From the IMG/VR virus record IMGVR_UViG_3300021256_000006, positions 32,001 to 96,000 of that record: DNA of 64,000 nucleotides, one strand, 5' to 3'. Position 1 is the stretch's first letter, and every line of letters begins with the position of its first letter. A program made the translations under genes and the position numbers. The notes under the pieces were generated by a model, which was not told the DNA's origin, did not search any database, and was given only the letters and a program-made list of their open reading frames with translations. Of this stretch, positions 9,607 to 17,901 are shown one piece after another. The DNA comes from a virus.

Positions 9607-12600
9607 ATGGCAACAAAACTACAAAGGCTTCGCGACAACATCGAAGCCATCAGGCACGCCCTGACATCCCCGCATTACGATGCCGACATCATGAACAAGT
9701 ACACGGGATTTGGCGGCATGACTTTTCTCCTCAACAACTTGGAGAAGAAATCATGGAGCAAGACTGACAAGCCCTGCTATGACGACACCGTGAAACTGCG
9801 CCAGCTGCTGCATGACAAGAGCGAGAACGAGAAACAATACGAGGCATGGATACAGAGTCTGAAGGCAAGCACATCTACCGCCTACTACACACCAAGGGAG
9901 ATTCCTCAAACGCTCTTCGACAATCTCTACCACATGGCAAAAGGTTGGTACGACAGCAACATCTATCCCAAAAAGGTGCTTGACCCATCAGCAGGAACTG
10001 GAGTCTTCATGTGCTCTGTCCTCCAAGCCTCTCTGGATTCCGGCAACATCCCTAAGCAAGTGGGCTACGAACTTGACCTACTCACAGGAACTATCCTCAA
10101 ACAAAGACTCCTGGGGCATGACATCCGCATCAAGGGTTTTGAGACCATCCCGAATGAAGACCTCGGCACATTCGACCTCGTGACCACCAATGTTCCCTTC
10201 GGCAACATCAACGTGTTTGACCCTCTCTACACCAATAGCAAGGAGCAAGTGAAAAGGGATGCAGCAAAGATGATCCACCGCTACTATGTGCTGAAAGGTC
10301 TTGATTGCCTCCGCAATGGAGGAGTGCTTGCCTACATCATCACCAGCAACTACATCAACCGTGACAACGACCAATTGGCAGAAGCGCTGAAGCACGCCAA
10401 CCTCGTCACCGCCATCCGATTTCCGAACAACCTCTTCAAGGAGGCGGGAACAGAAGTAGGGACCGACCTTCTCATACTCCAGAAGGACGAGCACAAGCAA
10501 GCTCTCACAGAAGACGAGCAGCAACTCCTCACACCTATGGAAATGGACGATTGCCCAACCAACCTCTACTTCAACAATCATCCCGACCACATCATTGCCA
10601 CCTCCACCGAGATAGGCACCGACCCCTACGGAAAGCCTGGCTATATCTACTACCACAAAGACGGAGTGCAAGGCGTAGCCGCAGACATGGGCCGCTTGCT
10701 CAAAGCGGAATTGCCAAACATTGACAAGTCTGCCTTTCAAAAGGGCCCCTCACTCTCTCCATCTTCCTCCCTTGCAGTCAGCGGTTCCCCCGCTGACACC
10801 ACTTCCCCCGCTCCCACCGCCAAGCATCCCATTCCTAATTCCTCATTCCTCATTCCTAATTCCGAACCCCTCTTCTTCCACTATGCCAACAAGTTTTTCC
10901 TCTTCTTCACCTTTGCACCAAGCAAGCATCAAGCACCTGCAAGCAAAGAACAGAAACTGAAAAACTTGCACAAGTTATACACCGACCTCTACAATTACGA
11001 GGCAAGCTATCAGAACGAGGACGAAGAAGGGCGCTGCAAGTTGAATGCTTCTTATGATTTGTTCGTCAGGTCTTACGGTTTCCTGAACGATTCCAAGAAT
11101 GCTTCTCTTGCCAAGCGTTTAGGCATTACCGACTTGCTTGCCATTGAGCGTTACGAGAATGGCACATGGGTAAAGGCAGACATCATGCTGGCACCCGTCG
11201 CCTTCTCCACCGACGAGGAACCGAAAGCGAGCTCACCCCAAGAGGCATTGGCAGCATCGCTGAATAAATACGGAAAGCCCAATATTGATTATATGCTCTC
11301 CATCACCACCTGTACCCGTGACCAACTTCTCAGCGAACTGCATGACGAGGTGTTCCTCAACCCCATCAACGGGCAATACGAAGTCAGGGCAAAGTTCCTC
11401 AGCGGAAATGTGATTGAGAAGATTGATGCAATCGAAAAACTTTCAGCTTCTCAACTGTCAACTGCGACCTGTCAACTTTCGCTGAAGGCTCTCAAGTCTG
11501 TCATCCCCGCTCCCATTCCTTTTGAGGAACTTGACTTCAACCTTGGCGAGCGCTGGATTGACTGCAAGGTGTATGAGCGCTTCGCCAACGACTTCTTCTC
11601 CATGCCTGGCAACACTCCCGACATCGAGGTGCGCTACAATCCTCTCCTCGACCAGTATGCAGCAGGTCTCAGGAAATGGGACTGGAATGAGAAGATACGC
11701 ACTCAGTACGCGGTCAAGAGTGAAGCATCCAAGACGCTTGACGGACTTGAAATATTCACTCATGCCCTGCATAATACAATACCCAAGTTGATGAAGTATC
11801 AACGAGACAAGGAAGGGCGCATCATGACGGACGAGAACTACGATAAAATTAAAATAGAGGACTCGGAGAATATGCAGTTGGCAGCAACCAAGATTGAAGA
11901 AATCAGACAGGCATTTGAGGAGTGGCTACGCCGACAGCCAAGGGAGTTCAGGGATGATTTGGCCAGCGTATACAACCATCGCTTCAACTGCTTTGTCAAG
12001 CCTAAATATGACGGTAGCCATCAGACATTCCCGGACCTCAACATGAAAGGGCTGAAAGAAAAGTATGGCATTGACCACATCTACGACAGCCAAAAGGATT
12101 GCGTCTGGATGCTCTTGCTGAATGGTGGTGGCATCTGCGACCACGAGGTAGGAAGCGGAAAGACACTCATCATGTGTATTGCAGCCCACGAGATGAAACG
12201 TCTCGGACTGTGCCACAAGCCAATGATAATAGGCATGAAGGCCAACGTGAGTGCCATAGCAGAAACATATCGGACAGCATATCCCAATGCTCGCATCCTC
12301 TTCGCTACAGAGGCTGACTACTCGGCAAGCAACCGTATGGCGTTCTTCAACAACGCCAAAAACAACGACTATGACTGCATCATCATGAGCCACGACCAGT
12401 TCGGACGTATTCCACAGAGCGAAAAAATACAGCTCGACATCATGTGCGACGAACTGCGACAGGTAGAAGACAGTCTGACAGCAATGGAGGATTGGGGCTA
12501 CAAAGTGACTTCAAAAATGCTCCGTGGATTGGAGATTAGAAAGCGCAACCTTCACGCAAAAATCATGAACCTCCGCAATTCTATCAATTCGAGGAAGGAT

Positions 12601-14628
12601 GATATTGTGGACTTCGAGAGGCTGGGCATTGACCACATCTTCATTGACGAGAGCCACCAGTTCAAGAACCTCGGCTTTGTGACACGGCATGACCGCGTGG
12701 CTGGCATTGGCAACACACAGGGCAGCAAGCGTGCTTTCAATCTGTTGATGGCCATCCGCACCATACAGAACCGCACAGGGCGTGACCTCGGTGCCACCTT
12801 CCTCAGTGGCACCACCGTTACTAATTCCCTCACAGAACTGTTCCTTCTCTTCAAGTATCTCCGGCCCAATGCACTTCGCAAACAAGCCATCACTTGCTTC
12901 GATGCTTGGGCTGCTATATTCACGAAGAAGAGCACGGAGTTCGAGTTCAATGTCACCAACTGCATCGTTCAGAAGGAGCGCTTCCGTTACTTTATCAAGG
13001 TGCCGGAACTCGCCATGTTCTACAACGAGATTACAGACTTCCGAACGGCAGAGGATGTCGGCATCGAACGACCCCAAAAGCATGCAAGACTGCTGAACAT
13101 AAAGCCGACACCGGACCAAGAGGGCTTCATTGAGCGTCTGATGAAGTTTGCGCAGGGAGGTTCCCCTTCCCTGATATTCCGTGAAAGCCTTTCCGACAAC
13201 GAGGAAAAGGCGCGTATGCTTATCTGTACCGACCTCGCTCGAAAGATGTCTCTGGATATGCGGCTGATTGACCCTCGCTTTGGTGATCATCCATCCAACA
13301 AGGCAAGCCAATGCGCCAACCTCGTCAAGAAGTATTATGATGAATATGACGACCAACGTGGCACACAGCTCATCTTCTCCGACATATCCACATGGCAAAA
13401 CAATACCGATTGGAGTGTGTACAGCGAAATCAAGCGAAAGCTGATGGACATGGGCATACCTGGCAGCGAAATCAGGTTCATTCAGGAGTGTAAGAACGAC
13501 CACCAAAAACAATTGCTCATTGAGCAGGTCAACCTCGGATATGTGCGTGTCCTCTTTGGCTCCACATCCATGCTGGGTACCGGAGTGAACCTCCAGCAGC
13601 GAGTGGTGGCCGTGCATCACCTCGACACACCGTGGCGACCTTCCGACCTCGAACAGAGAGACGGACGGGCCATCCGGAAAGGAAACGAAGTGGCACGGCT
13701 CTATGCCAACAACCAAGTAGATGTTATCATCTATGCTGTTGAACGCTCGTTGGACTCTTACAAGTTCAATCTCCTGCACCTCAAACAAACCTTCATCAAC
13801 CAACTCAAACGAGGACAACTCGGAGTGAGAACGATTGACGAGGGCAGCATGGACGAGAACGGCATGAACTTCTCGGAGTACATGGCTATTCTTTCCGGCA
13901 ACACCGACTTGCTGGAACGTGCCAAACTGGAGAAGCGCATTGCCATGCTGGAGGCCGAACGCAAGAACTTCTACCGTGACCAGCGAGAACAAGAGGAAAA
14001 AATGGAAACGCTGAAAAAGGATAACGAGCTCTACAAAAATCACCTTGCAGACGCCCAAGCCGACTTTGCCAAGTTCAACAAAGCAAGGCGCCTCGATGAA
14101 GAGGGCAATGTAGTGAACGACCTCCGTCTGGATGGTCTCGCACTCAGCGGTTCCCCCGCTGAGATACAAACCCTCCTCGGCAACCACCTCATCAAAATTG
14201 CCAACACCGCCAGAACACAAGATGCCCACCTTCCCATCGGCTCCATCTATGGATTCAAGGTGCTGGTCAAGACGGTGGAGACAGCAACGATGGACGGCAA
14301 TCCGCAGTACGCTAATATGTTCTTTGTCAGCAGCGACACACTCATGTATTCTTACAATAATGGCTACATCAATCGCAACTCTCCCAAGGCATCAGCACTC
14401 TACCCGCTGAACGCCTTGCAGCGCATCCCGGAAATCATCACTGGGTGGATGGAGAAAATCGAAAGCAACGAGAACAGCATCAAGCAGATTGCATCTATCC
14501 TTTCCGCAACGACTGAATGGTCAAAGGAGGACCGTTTGAAGCAGCTGAAGAATGACCTCAAACTTCTTGACAAGAAGATTGAGGAAGACATGAAGAAAAA
14601 GGACGAGCCCACCAAGAAAGCAGCCTAA
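9607..14628 (+). CDS. N6-adenine DNA methyltransferase / SNF2-family helicase fusion (P1 DarB-like architecture), 1673 aa
   Basis: Trimmed to ATG 9607 (ACAATTATGGCAACA). MTase motifs VLDPSAGTGVF and TNVPFG; helicase motifs GSGKT, DESHQFKN, LSGTTVTN, GTGVNLQ, QRDGRAIRKGN; coiled-coil C-terminus. Ends in -KAA. Confidence 0.85.
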   Translation: MATKLQRLRDNIEAIRHALTSPHYDADIMNKYTGFGGMTFLLNNLEKKSWSKTDKPCYDDTVKLRQLLHDKSENEKQYEAWIQSLKASTSTAYYTPREIPQTLFDNLYHMAKGWYDSNIYPKKVLDPSAGTGVFMCSVLQASLDSGNIPKQVGYELDLLTGTILKQRLLGHDIRIKGFETIPNEDLGTFDLVTTNVPFGNINVFDPLYTNSKEQVKRDAAKMIHRYYVLKGLDCLRNGGVLAYIITSNYINRDNDQLAEALKHANLVTAIRFPNNLFKEAGTEVGTDLLILQKDEHKQALTEDEQQLLTPMEMDDCPTNLYFNNHPDHIIATSTEIGTDPYGKPGYIYYHKDGVQGVAADMGRLLKAELPNIDKSAFQKGPSLSPSSSLAVSGSPADTTSPAPTAKHPIPNSSFLIPNSEPLFFHYANKFFLFFTFAPSKHQAPASKEQKLKNLHKLYTDLYNYEASYQNEDEEGRCKLNASYDLFVRSYGFLNDSKNASLAKRLGITDLLAIERYENGTWVKADIMLAPVAFSTDEEPKASSPQEALAASLNKYGKPNIDYMLSITTCTRDQLLSELHDEVFLNPINGQYEVRAKFLSGNVIEKIDAIEKLSASQLSTATCQLSLKALKSVIPAPIPFEELDFNLGERWIDCKVYERFANDFFSMPGNTPDIEVRYNPLLDQYAAGLRKWDWNEKIRTQYAVKSEASKTLDGLEIFTHALHNTIPKLMKYQRDKEGRIMTDENYDKIKIEDSENMQLAATKIEEIRQAFEEWLRRQPREFRDDLASVYNHRFNCFVKPKYDGSHQTFPDLNMKGLKEKYGIDHIYDSQKDCVWMLLLNGGGICDHEVGSGKTLIMCIAAHEMKRLGLCHKPMIIGMKANVSAIAETYRTAYPNARILFATEADYSASNRMAFFNNAKNNDYDCIIMSHDQFGRIPQSEKIQLDIMCDELRQVEDSLTAMEDWGYKVTSKMLRGLEIRKRNLHAKIMNLRNSINSRKDDIVDFERLGIDHIFIDESHQFKNLGFVTRHDRVAGIGNTQGSKRAFNLLMAIRTIQNRTGRDLGATFLSGTTVTNSLTELFLLFKYLRPNALRKQAITCFDAWAAIFTKKSTEFEFNVTNCIVQKERFRYFIKVPELAMFYNEITDFRTAEDVGIERPQKHARLLNIKPTPDQEGFIERLMKFAQGGSPSLIFRESLSDNEEKARMLICTDLARKMSLDMRLIDPRFGDHPSNKASQCANLVKKYYDEYDDQRGTQLIFSDISTWQNNTDWSVYSEIKRKLMDMGIPGSEIRFIQECKNDHQKQLLIEQVNLGYVRVLFGSTSMLGTGVNLQQRVVAVHHLDTPWRPSDLEQRDGRAIRKGNEVARLYANNQVDVIIYAVERSLDSYKFNLLHLKQTFINQLKRGQLGVRTIDEGSMDENGMNFSEYMAILSGNTDLLERAKLEKRIAMLEAERKNFYRDQREQEEKMETLKKDNELYKNHLADAQADFAKFNKARRLDEEGNVVNDLRLDGLALSGSPAEIQTLLGNHLIKIANTARTQDAHLPIGSIYGFKVLVKTVETATMDGNPQYANMFFVSSDTLMYSYNNGYINRNSPKASALYPLNALQRIPEIITGWMEKIESNENSIKQIASILSATTEWSKEDRLKQLKNDLKLLDKKIEEDMKKKDEPTKKAA
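10741..10945 (+). repeat. Intergenic-type repeat module embedded in-frame between the MTase and helicase halves
   Basis: Contains a hairpin copy (10777-10797), TTCCTMA heptamers (10829-10862), a CACCTTTGCACC box and a ~70-nt paralog of 9459-9529. Confidence 0.7.
10777..10797 (+). repeat. GC hairpin family copy (inside ORF, translated as SGSPA)
   Basis: cttgca GTCAGCGG-TTCCC-CCGCTGAC. Confidence 0.8.
14144..14162 (+). repeat. GC hairpin family copy (inside ORF, translated as SGSPA)
   Basis: ctcgcac TCAGCGG-TTCCC-CCGCTGA. Confidence 0.8.
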
Positions 14629-14636
14629 TAAAAAAA

Positions 14637-14790
14637 TAGGAATTTGGAATGAGGAATGAGGAATGGTATGTTATGCTGATTGCATGGTATCAATTCCTAT
14701 CTCCTCATTTCTCATTCCTAACTCCTCATTGTATCAACATTCCATTCCTAACTCCTAATTCCTAATTCCTCATTTTGTATAATTCCTCAT
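14637..14790 (+). repeat. Element X copy 3 (inverted relative to copy 1) plus extra TTCCTMA heptamers
   Basis: 14637-14691 is the reverse complement of 1055-1109 with 2 mismatches; followed by an AATTCCT-type arm, TTGTATCAAC and more heptamers. Confidence 0.75.
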
Positions 14791-14805
14791 TTATTCTTAC
14801 CTTTG
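14774..14805 (+). promoter_or_regulatory. Bacteroides-type promoter (-33 TTTG, -7 TACCTTTG)
   Basis: TTTG at 14774-14777 and TACCTTTG at 14798-14805, 20 nt apart; matches the TTTG / TAnnTTTG consensus. Confidence 0.5.
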
Positions 14806-14809
14806 CACC

Positions 14810-14903
14810 GGAAATGCGATAGTTTCCGGTCATAGTAATCCTTGTTTCCAAGGATGATTTGATGATGAGGAGGGCGGCGTGATGAACCGCCCTCCAACTT
14901 TTT
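14810..14903 (+). ncRNA. Candidate ~94-nt structured small RNA
   Basis: Promoter immediately upstream; three hairpins (CCGGAAA/TTTCCGG at 14808-14829, ATCCTTG/CAAGGAT at 14838-14855, GGAGGGCGG/CCGCCCTCC at 14869-14895) followed by TTTTT; no credible ORF. Confidence 0.45.
14869..14903 (+). terminator. Rho-independent terminator
   Basis: 9-bp GC stem GGAGGGCGG-cgtgatgaa-CCGCCCTCC followed by aacTTTTT. Confidence 0.65.
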
Positions 14904-14924
14904 CCCATCCTTTGCTCCTGCGTA

Positions 14925-14941
14925 CAGCGGTTTTCCCGCTG
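14925..14941 (+). repeat. GC hairpin family copy
   Basis: cctgcgta CAGCGG-TTTTC-CCGCTG. Confidence 0.85.
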
Positions 14942-14968
14942 ACACCGCTCAATCACCCTCCCTGCGTA

Positions 14969-14985
14969 CAGCGGTTTTCCCGCTG
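14969..14985 (+). repeat. GC hairpin family copy
   Basis: cctgcgta CAGCGG-TTTTC-CCGCTG; second copy 44 nt after the first. Confidence 0.85.
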
Positions 14986-15043
14986 TCTCCCATCTTATAT
15001 AAATAATGTGTACTGCAACTTCAAGACAAAAAAGTTGCAAAAC

Positions 15044-15057
15044 ATGTTGCATAACAT
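15044..15057. promoter_or_regulatory. Candidate operator ATGTT-N4-AACAT
   Basis: Dyad arms ATGTT/AACAT 47 nt upstream of the -7 box; the same arrangement occurs at 55446-55501. Confidence 0.4.
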
Positions 15058-15090
15058 AAAAATGATGTAACAAAATACATCAAAACACGA

Positions 15091-15098
15091 TAACTTTG
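15091..15098 (+). promoter_or_regulatory. -7 promoter box TAACTTTG
   Basis: Exact TAnnTTTG match 67 nt upstream of ATG 15165. Confidence 0.5.
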
Positions 15099-15164
15099 CA
15101 AACAGAATCAATAAACGCTGCGCCAGATAGCAAAACCAAATCCCAAGGGCATGGGTAACAGATT

Positions 15165-16280
15165 ATGAAAAAGTTCACAGCATCCGAGAACGCAACACGC
15201 AAGCAGGTTTTCGCCTACAACCGCGAGAGGTCAAAGAACTCATGGATGGACTCTTGCACCAAGGTATTCGGCAAGAGTAAGGTTGTTCGCCAGGCCATCG
15301 AAGACAGCAACAAGCGCATTGCTTCTCACACTACAGTTCTTACAGGTATCGACGCTTACAAGGCTCGATTGAAGGACCGCCTCGAAGGTTTTGCCGCTTG
15401 CCTTCCTTCATCCGGTTACAGCATGGGCGAGTTCAAACACATTACTTGCCGCCACCTGGGCATCGTTTCTTCTTACGACGCTACCGATGAATACGCAAGG
15501 TCTTGCAAGTTCCGCGCAACTCACGGACGTGTAGAGGTTGAGCTTCCCGTTCGCTTGCTCGCCAAGGCTGAGAACATGGACGGCATGATTACCATCCGCA
15601 CCAAGCAGATTCAGAATCGCATCTGGAAGTGCCAGTGGGTAGAGTTTGACTACACCCGAAACGGTCGTGGCATCATCAACAGCGAGGTTGGCTACCATCT
15701 GGTAAGTGGTTACGTTGTACGCTATGAGAACCACCGAGTTGAGACTTACGCTTTCAAGAATGGTAAGAACAACACATCAGGCGTTGATTACATCGGAGGT
15801 TGGTATCACACCACATCACTTGACAAAGCTCGCAAGAACTTGAAGAGATACCTTGCTGAAGAGAAGTATTACACCAAGTGTCACGCCATCTTCGCAAAGC
15901 GTCGCGCTATCGAAGAGAAGGAGGACGAGAAACGCGCCAAGGCTGAAGCTCGTGCCAAGGCAAAGGCTGCCAAGGAGTTTGCCAAGCAGGTGAAGCGCGT
16001 ACAGAAGAGCACCGAACTTTCCGACATCCTTCAGCACATGTACGTCTATCAGGACAGCATCAAGGCTGGCAACTGTGTGCCCGGAACCGATGGATTCCTC
16101 AAAGCTCACAACCTTCAGAAGACTGACACCCGTAGCGGTGAGTTTCTTCTCCGCATCAGTCGCCACACATGGCAGCATAAGAACGTCATCCGCGTCCTTG
16201 TCCGCTACGCCGCTGACACTCACACCGATTTCTATCAGCAGAATCAGGAGGCTGTTCGTTCAATTCTTAATACTTTATAA
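15165..16280 (+). CDS. Hypothetical protein (371 aa) with a central Lys/Ala/Glu coiled-coil
   Basis: ORF track; own promoter; no family recognised. Confidence 0.55.
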   Translation: MKKFTASENATRKQVFAYNRERSKNSWMDSCTKVFGKSKVVRQAIEDSNKRIASHTTVLTGIDAYKARLKDRLEGFAACLPSSGYSMGEFKHITCRHLGIVSSYDATDEYARSCKFRATHGRVEVELPVRLLAKAENMDGMITIRTKQIQNRIWKCQWVEFDYTRNGRGIINSEVGYHLVSGYVVRYENHRVETYAFKNGKNNTSGVDYIGGWYHTTSLDKARKNLKRYLAEEKYYTKCHAIFAKRRAIEEKEDEKRAKAEARAKAKAAKEFAKQVKRVQKSTELSDILQHMYVYQDSIKAGNCVPGTDGFLKAHNLQKTDTRSGEFLLRISRHTWQHKNVIRVLVRYAADTHTDFYQQNQEAVRSILNTL

Positions 16281-16336
16281 TCCTACTTCATTATATAACC
16301 CAACAGCCCTCGACATCACGGTTAAGTCAGGAACTT

Positions 16337-17149
16337 ATGAAAACAATGGAATGGAAAGATTACCTGAATACTCAGCAAGATGCCTATTTGGATGAAGAAA
16401 ATGGTGCTGACAACGAGGTTGCATATAAGAATGATGACTATACAGTATGGGCACACCAGTCATTACACGCAGACGGAGAACATTTCTTCAGTGGTAGCGG
16501 CATTGATTTCGCGATGGTTAGCAACAACGCTGAATACGAATACCTGTGCTATGACTGCACGCTGAATGAGATTATCAAGAGTCTGGCTCCCGATGCTGAG
16601 ACTATGCAGGACGTAGCCGACTACTACAACAATTGCGAATCCCTCGACACCCAGGCTCTTGAAGCCATGATTGAGGCTAACGGATGGGTAAGCGATTGTG
16701 ATACCGAGTGGGGTGTATGCCACAACGACACAGAGAGGGTGATCATCAACGATGAAGGTCAGGCTGTAGTTGTTTCGATGGAAAAGAACTCAGCACTTGC
16801 CGCGCTCATGGATGTTAGACTTCAAATTGCGGTCGAAGGTTGGACTATCCCCACCAATGACGAAGGTAGTGGCAGCGCAGGCGTGAACTTCCTGACAGAC
16901 ACCGAGGCTGTTGATGCTTACATCCGCTTTGCCTTGACAGGTGACAACACCGATTGTCCTAACACTAACAGCATCGAGTATGTTCCTGTTGCTGATTTTG
17001 GCGACACCGAGAATGAAGTGCTCGACGAGATTATGCAGTACGCTCACATTTGCAACGTGGAACGTGACGAGGTTCTTGGATTCATCGTCTGTCACGAAGC
17101 ATATCACGATATGCCTTACACATTCTACATCACTCACATTCGCGGATAA
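16337..17149 (+). CDS. Hypothetical acidic protein (270 aa)
   Basis: ORF track; no family recognised. Confidence 0.5.
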   Translation: MKTMEWKDYLNTQQDAYLDEENGADNEVAYKNDDYTVWAHQSLHADGEHFFSGSGIDFAMVSNNAEYEYLCYDCTLNEIIKSLAPDAETMQDVADYYNNCESLDTQALEAMIEANGWVSDCDTEWGVCHNDTERVIINDEGQAVVVSMEKNSALAALMDVRLQIAVEGWTIPTNDEGSGSAGVNFLTDTEAVDAYIRFALTGDNTDCPNTNSIEYVPVADFGDTENEVLDEIMQYAHICNVERDEVLGFIVCHEAYHDMPYTFYITHIRG

Positions 17150-17179
17150 TAACGAACGAAAGCATTATATCATATAATT

Positions 17180-17398
17180 ATGAATTTACTCCAACTATCA
17201 GCAGTTGCACAGGCATACTACGAGGGGCTTCGCGCCCCCAGCCTGGCGCAAGGGTGGGAAAAGTATGTCGCCACCAACGGCACAACGTGTATGTTTGTTC
17301 ACAGCGACTACAACCCACAACCAGGCGAGGCAGTCTTTTTCCTCGCAACGAGAAACCGTCAAATCAGTTGTCAACTCTACAAACACGTTGAACCATGA
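17180..17398 (+). CDS. Hypothetical protein (72 aa)
   Basis: ORF track; ATGA overlap with the next gene. Confidence 0.4.
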   Translation: MNLLQLSAVAQAYYEGLRAPSLAQGWEKYVATNGTTCMFVHSDYNPQPGEAVFFLATRNRQISCQLYKHVEP

Positions 17399-17868
17399 AG
17401 GCTCCACAAAAACCGCTCTTCATCATCGACTCGTCTCACACTCATGGACGAGGGACAGAGACAGAATGGGTGAGCTGCACATCATCAAGCTGTCCATTTG
17501 TGGCAAGTGTTGTCGTTGTCAGTGAGCAAGAGTACAACAGGCACTATGACCCTGCTGATACAATGACCGCTTACTCGGACGTACAAAATGGTATGCGCCT
17601 GATGGTTCACGTCACCAACATTGACACCGAGCATGACCCTTCACAACTCCGTACCTTGCTGCGCAAACTTGTGAAGGAGTTAATGCTTCGGAAAGCCATC
17701 GTTGAGTATTCACCAGAGGCACCGTCAGACGAAGCCATCATCAAGTTCATTGAGATTCTGCAAGGGCAGAACCGCGAGAACCTGCGCACGGAACCTAACG
17801 AGCAGACACACCGAACGGTGTATGCGCTCCTGAAGAAGATGCACGATGACTACACGAACAAGCAATAA
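17395..17868 (+). CDS. Hypothetical protein (157 aa)
   Basis: ORF track; followed by a hairpin at 17878-17901. Confidence 0.5.
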   Translation: MKAPQKPLFIIDSSHTHGRGTETEWVSCTSSSCPFVASVVVVSEQEYNRHYDPADTMTAYSDVQNGMRLMVHVTNIDTEHDPSQLRTLLRKLVKELMLRKAIVEYSPEAPSDEAIIKFIEILQGQNRENLRTEPNEQTHRTVYALLKKMHDDYTNKQ

Positions 17869-17877
17869 CAAACGAAG

Positions 17878-17901
17878 GGAGGGAGCCAACAGACTCCCTC
17901 C
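17878..17901. terminator. GC hairpin, possible bidirectional terminator
   Basis: GGAGGGAG-ccaacaga-CTCCCTCC 10 nt after the stop; T-rich run only on the minus-strand side. Confidence 0.4.

Noticed and set aside
12511-14229. 572-aa minus-strand ORF
   Set aside because: It lies entirely antisense to the helicase half of the MTase-helicase gene, which has clear motifs on the + strand. It is a shadow ORF with no start context or family signal.
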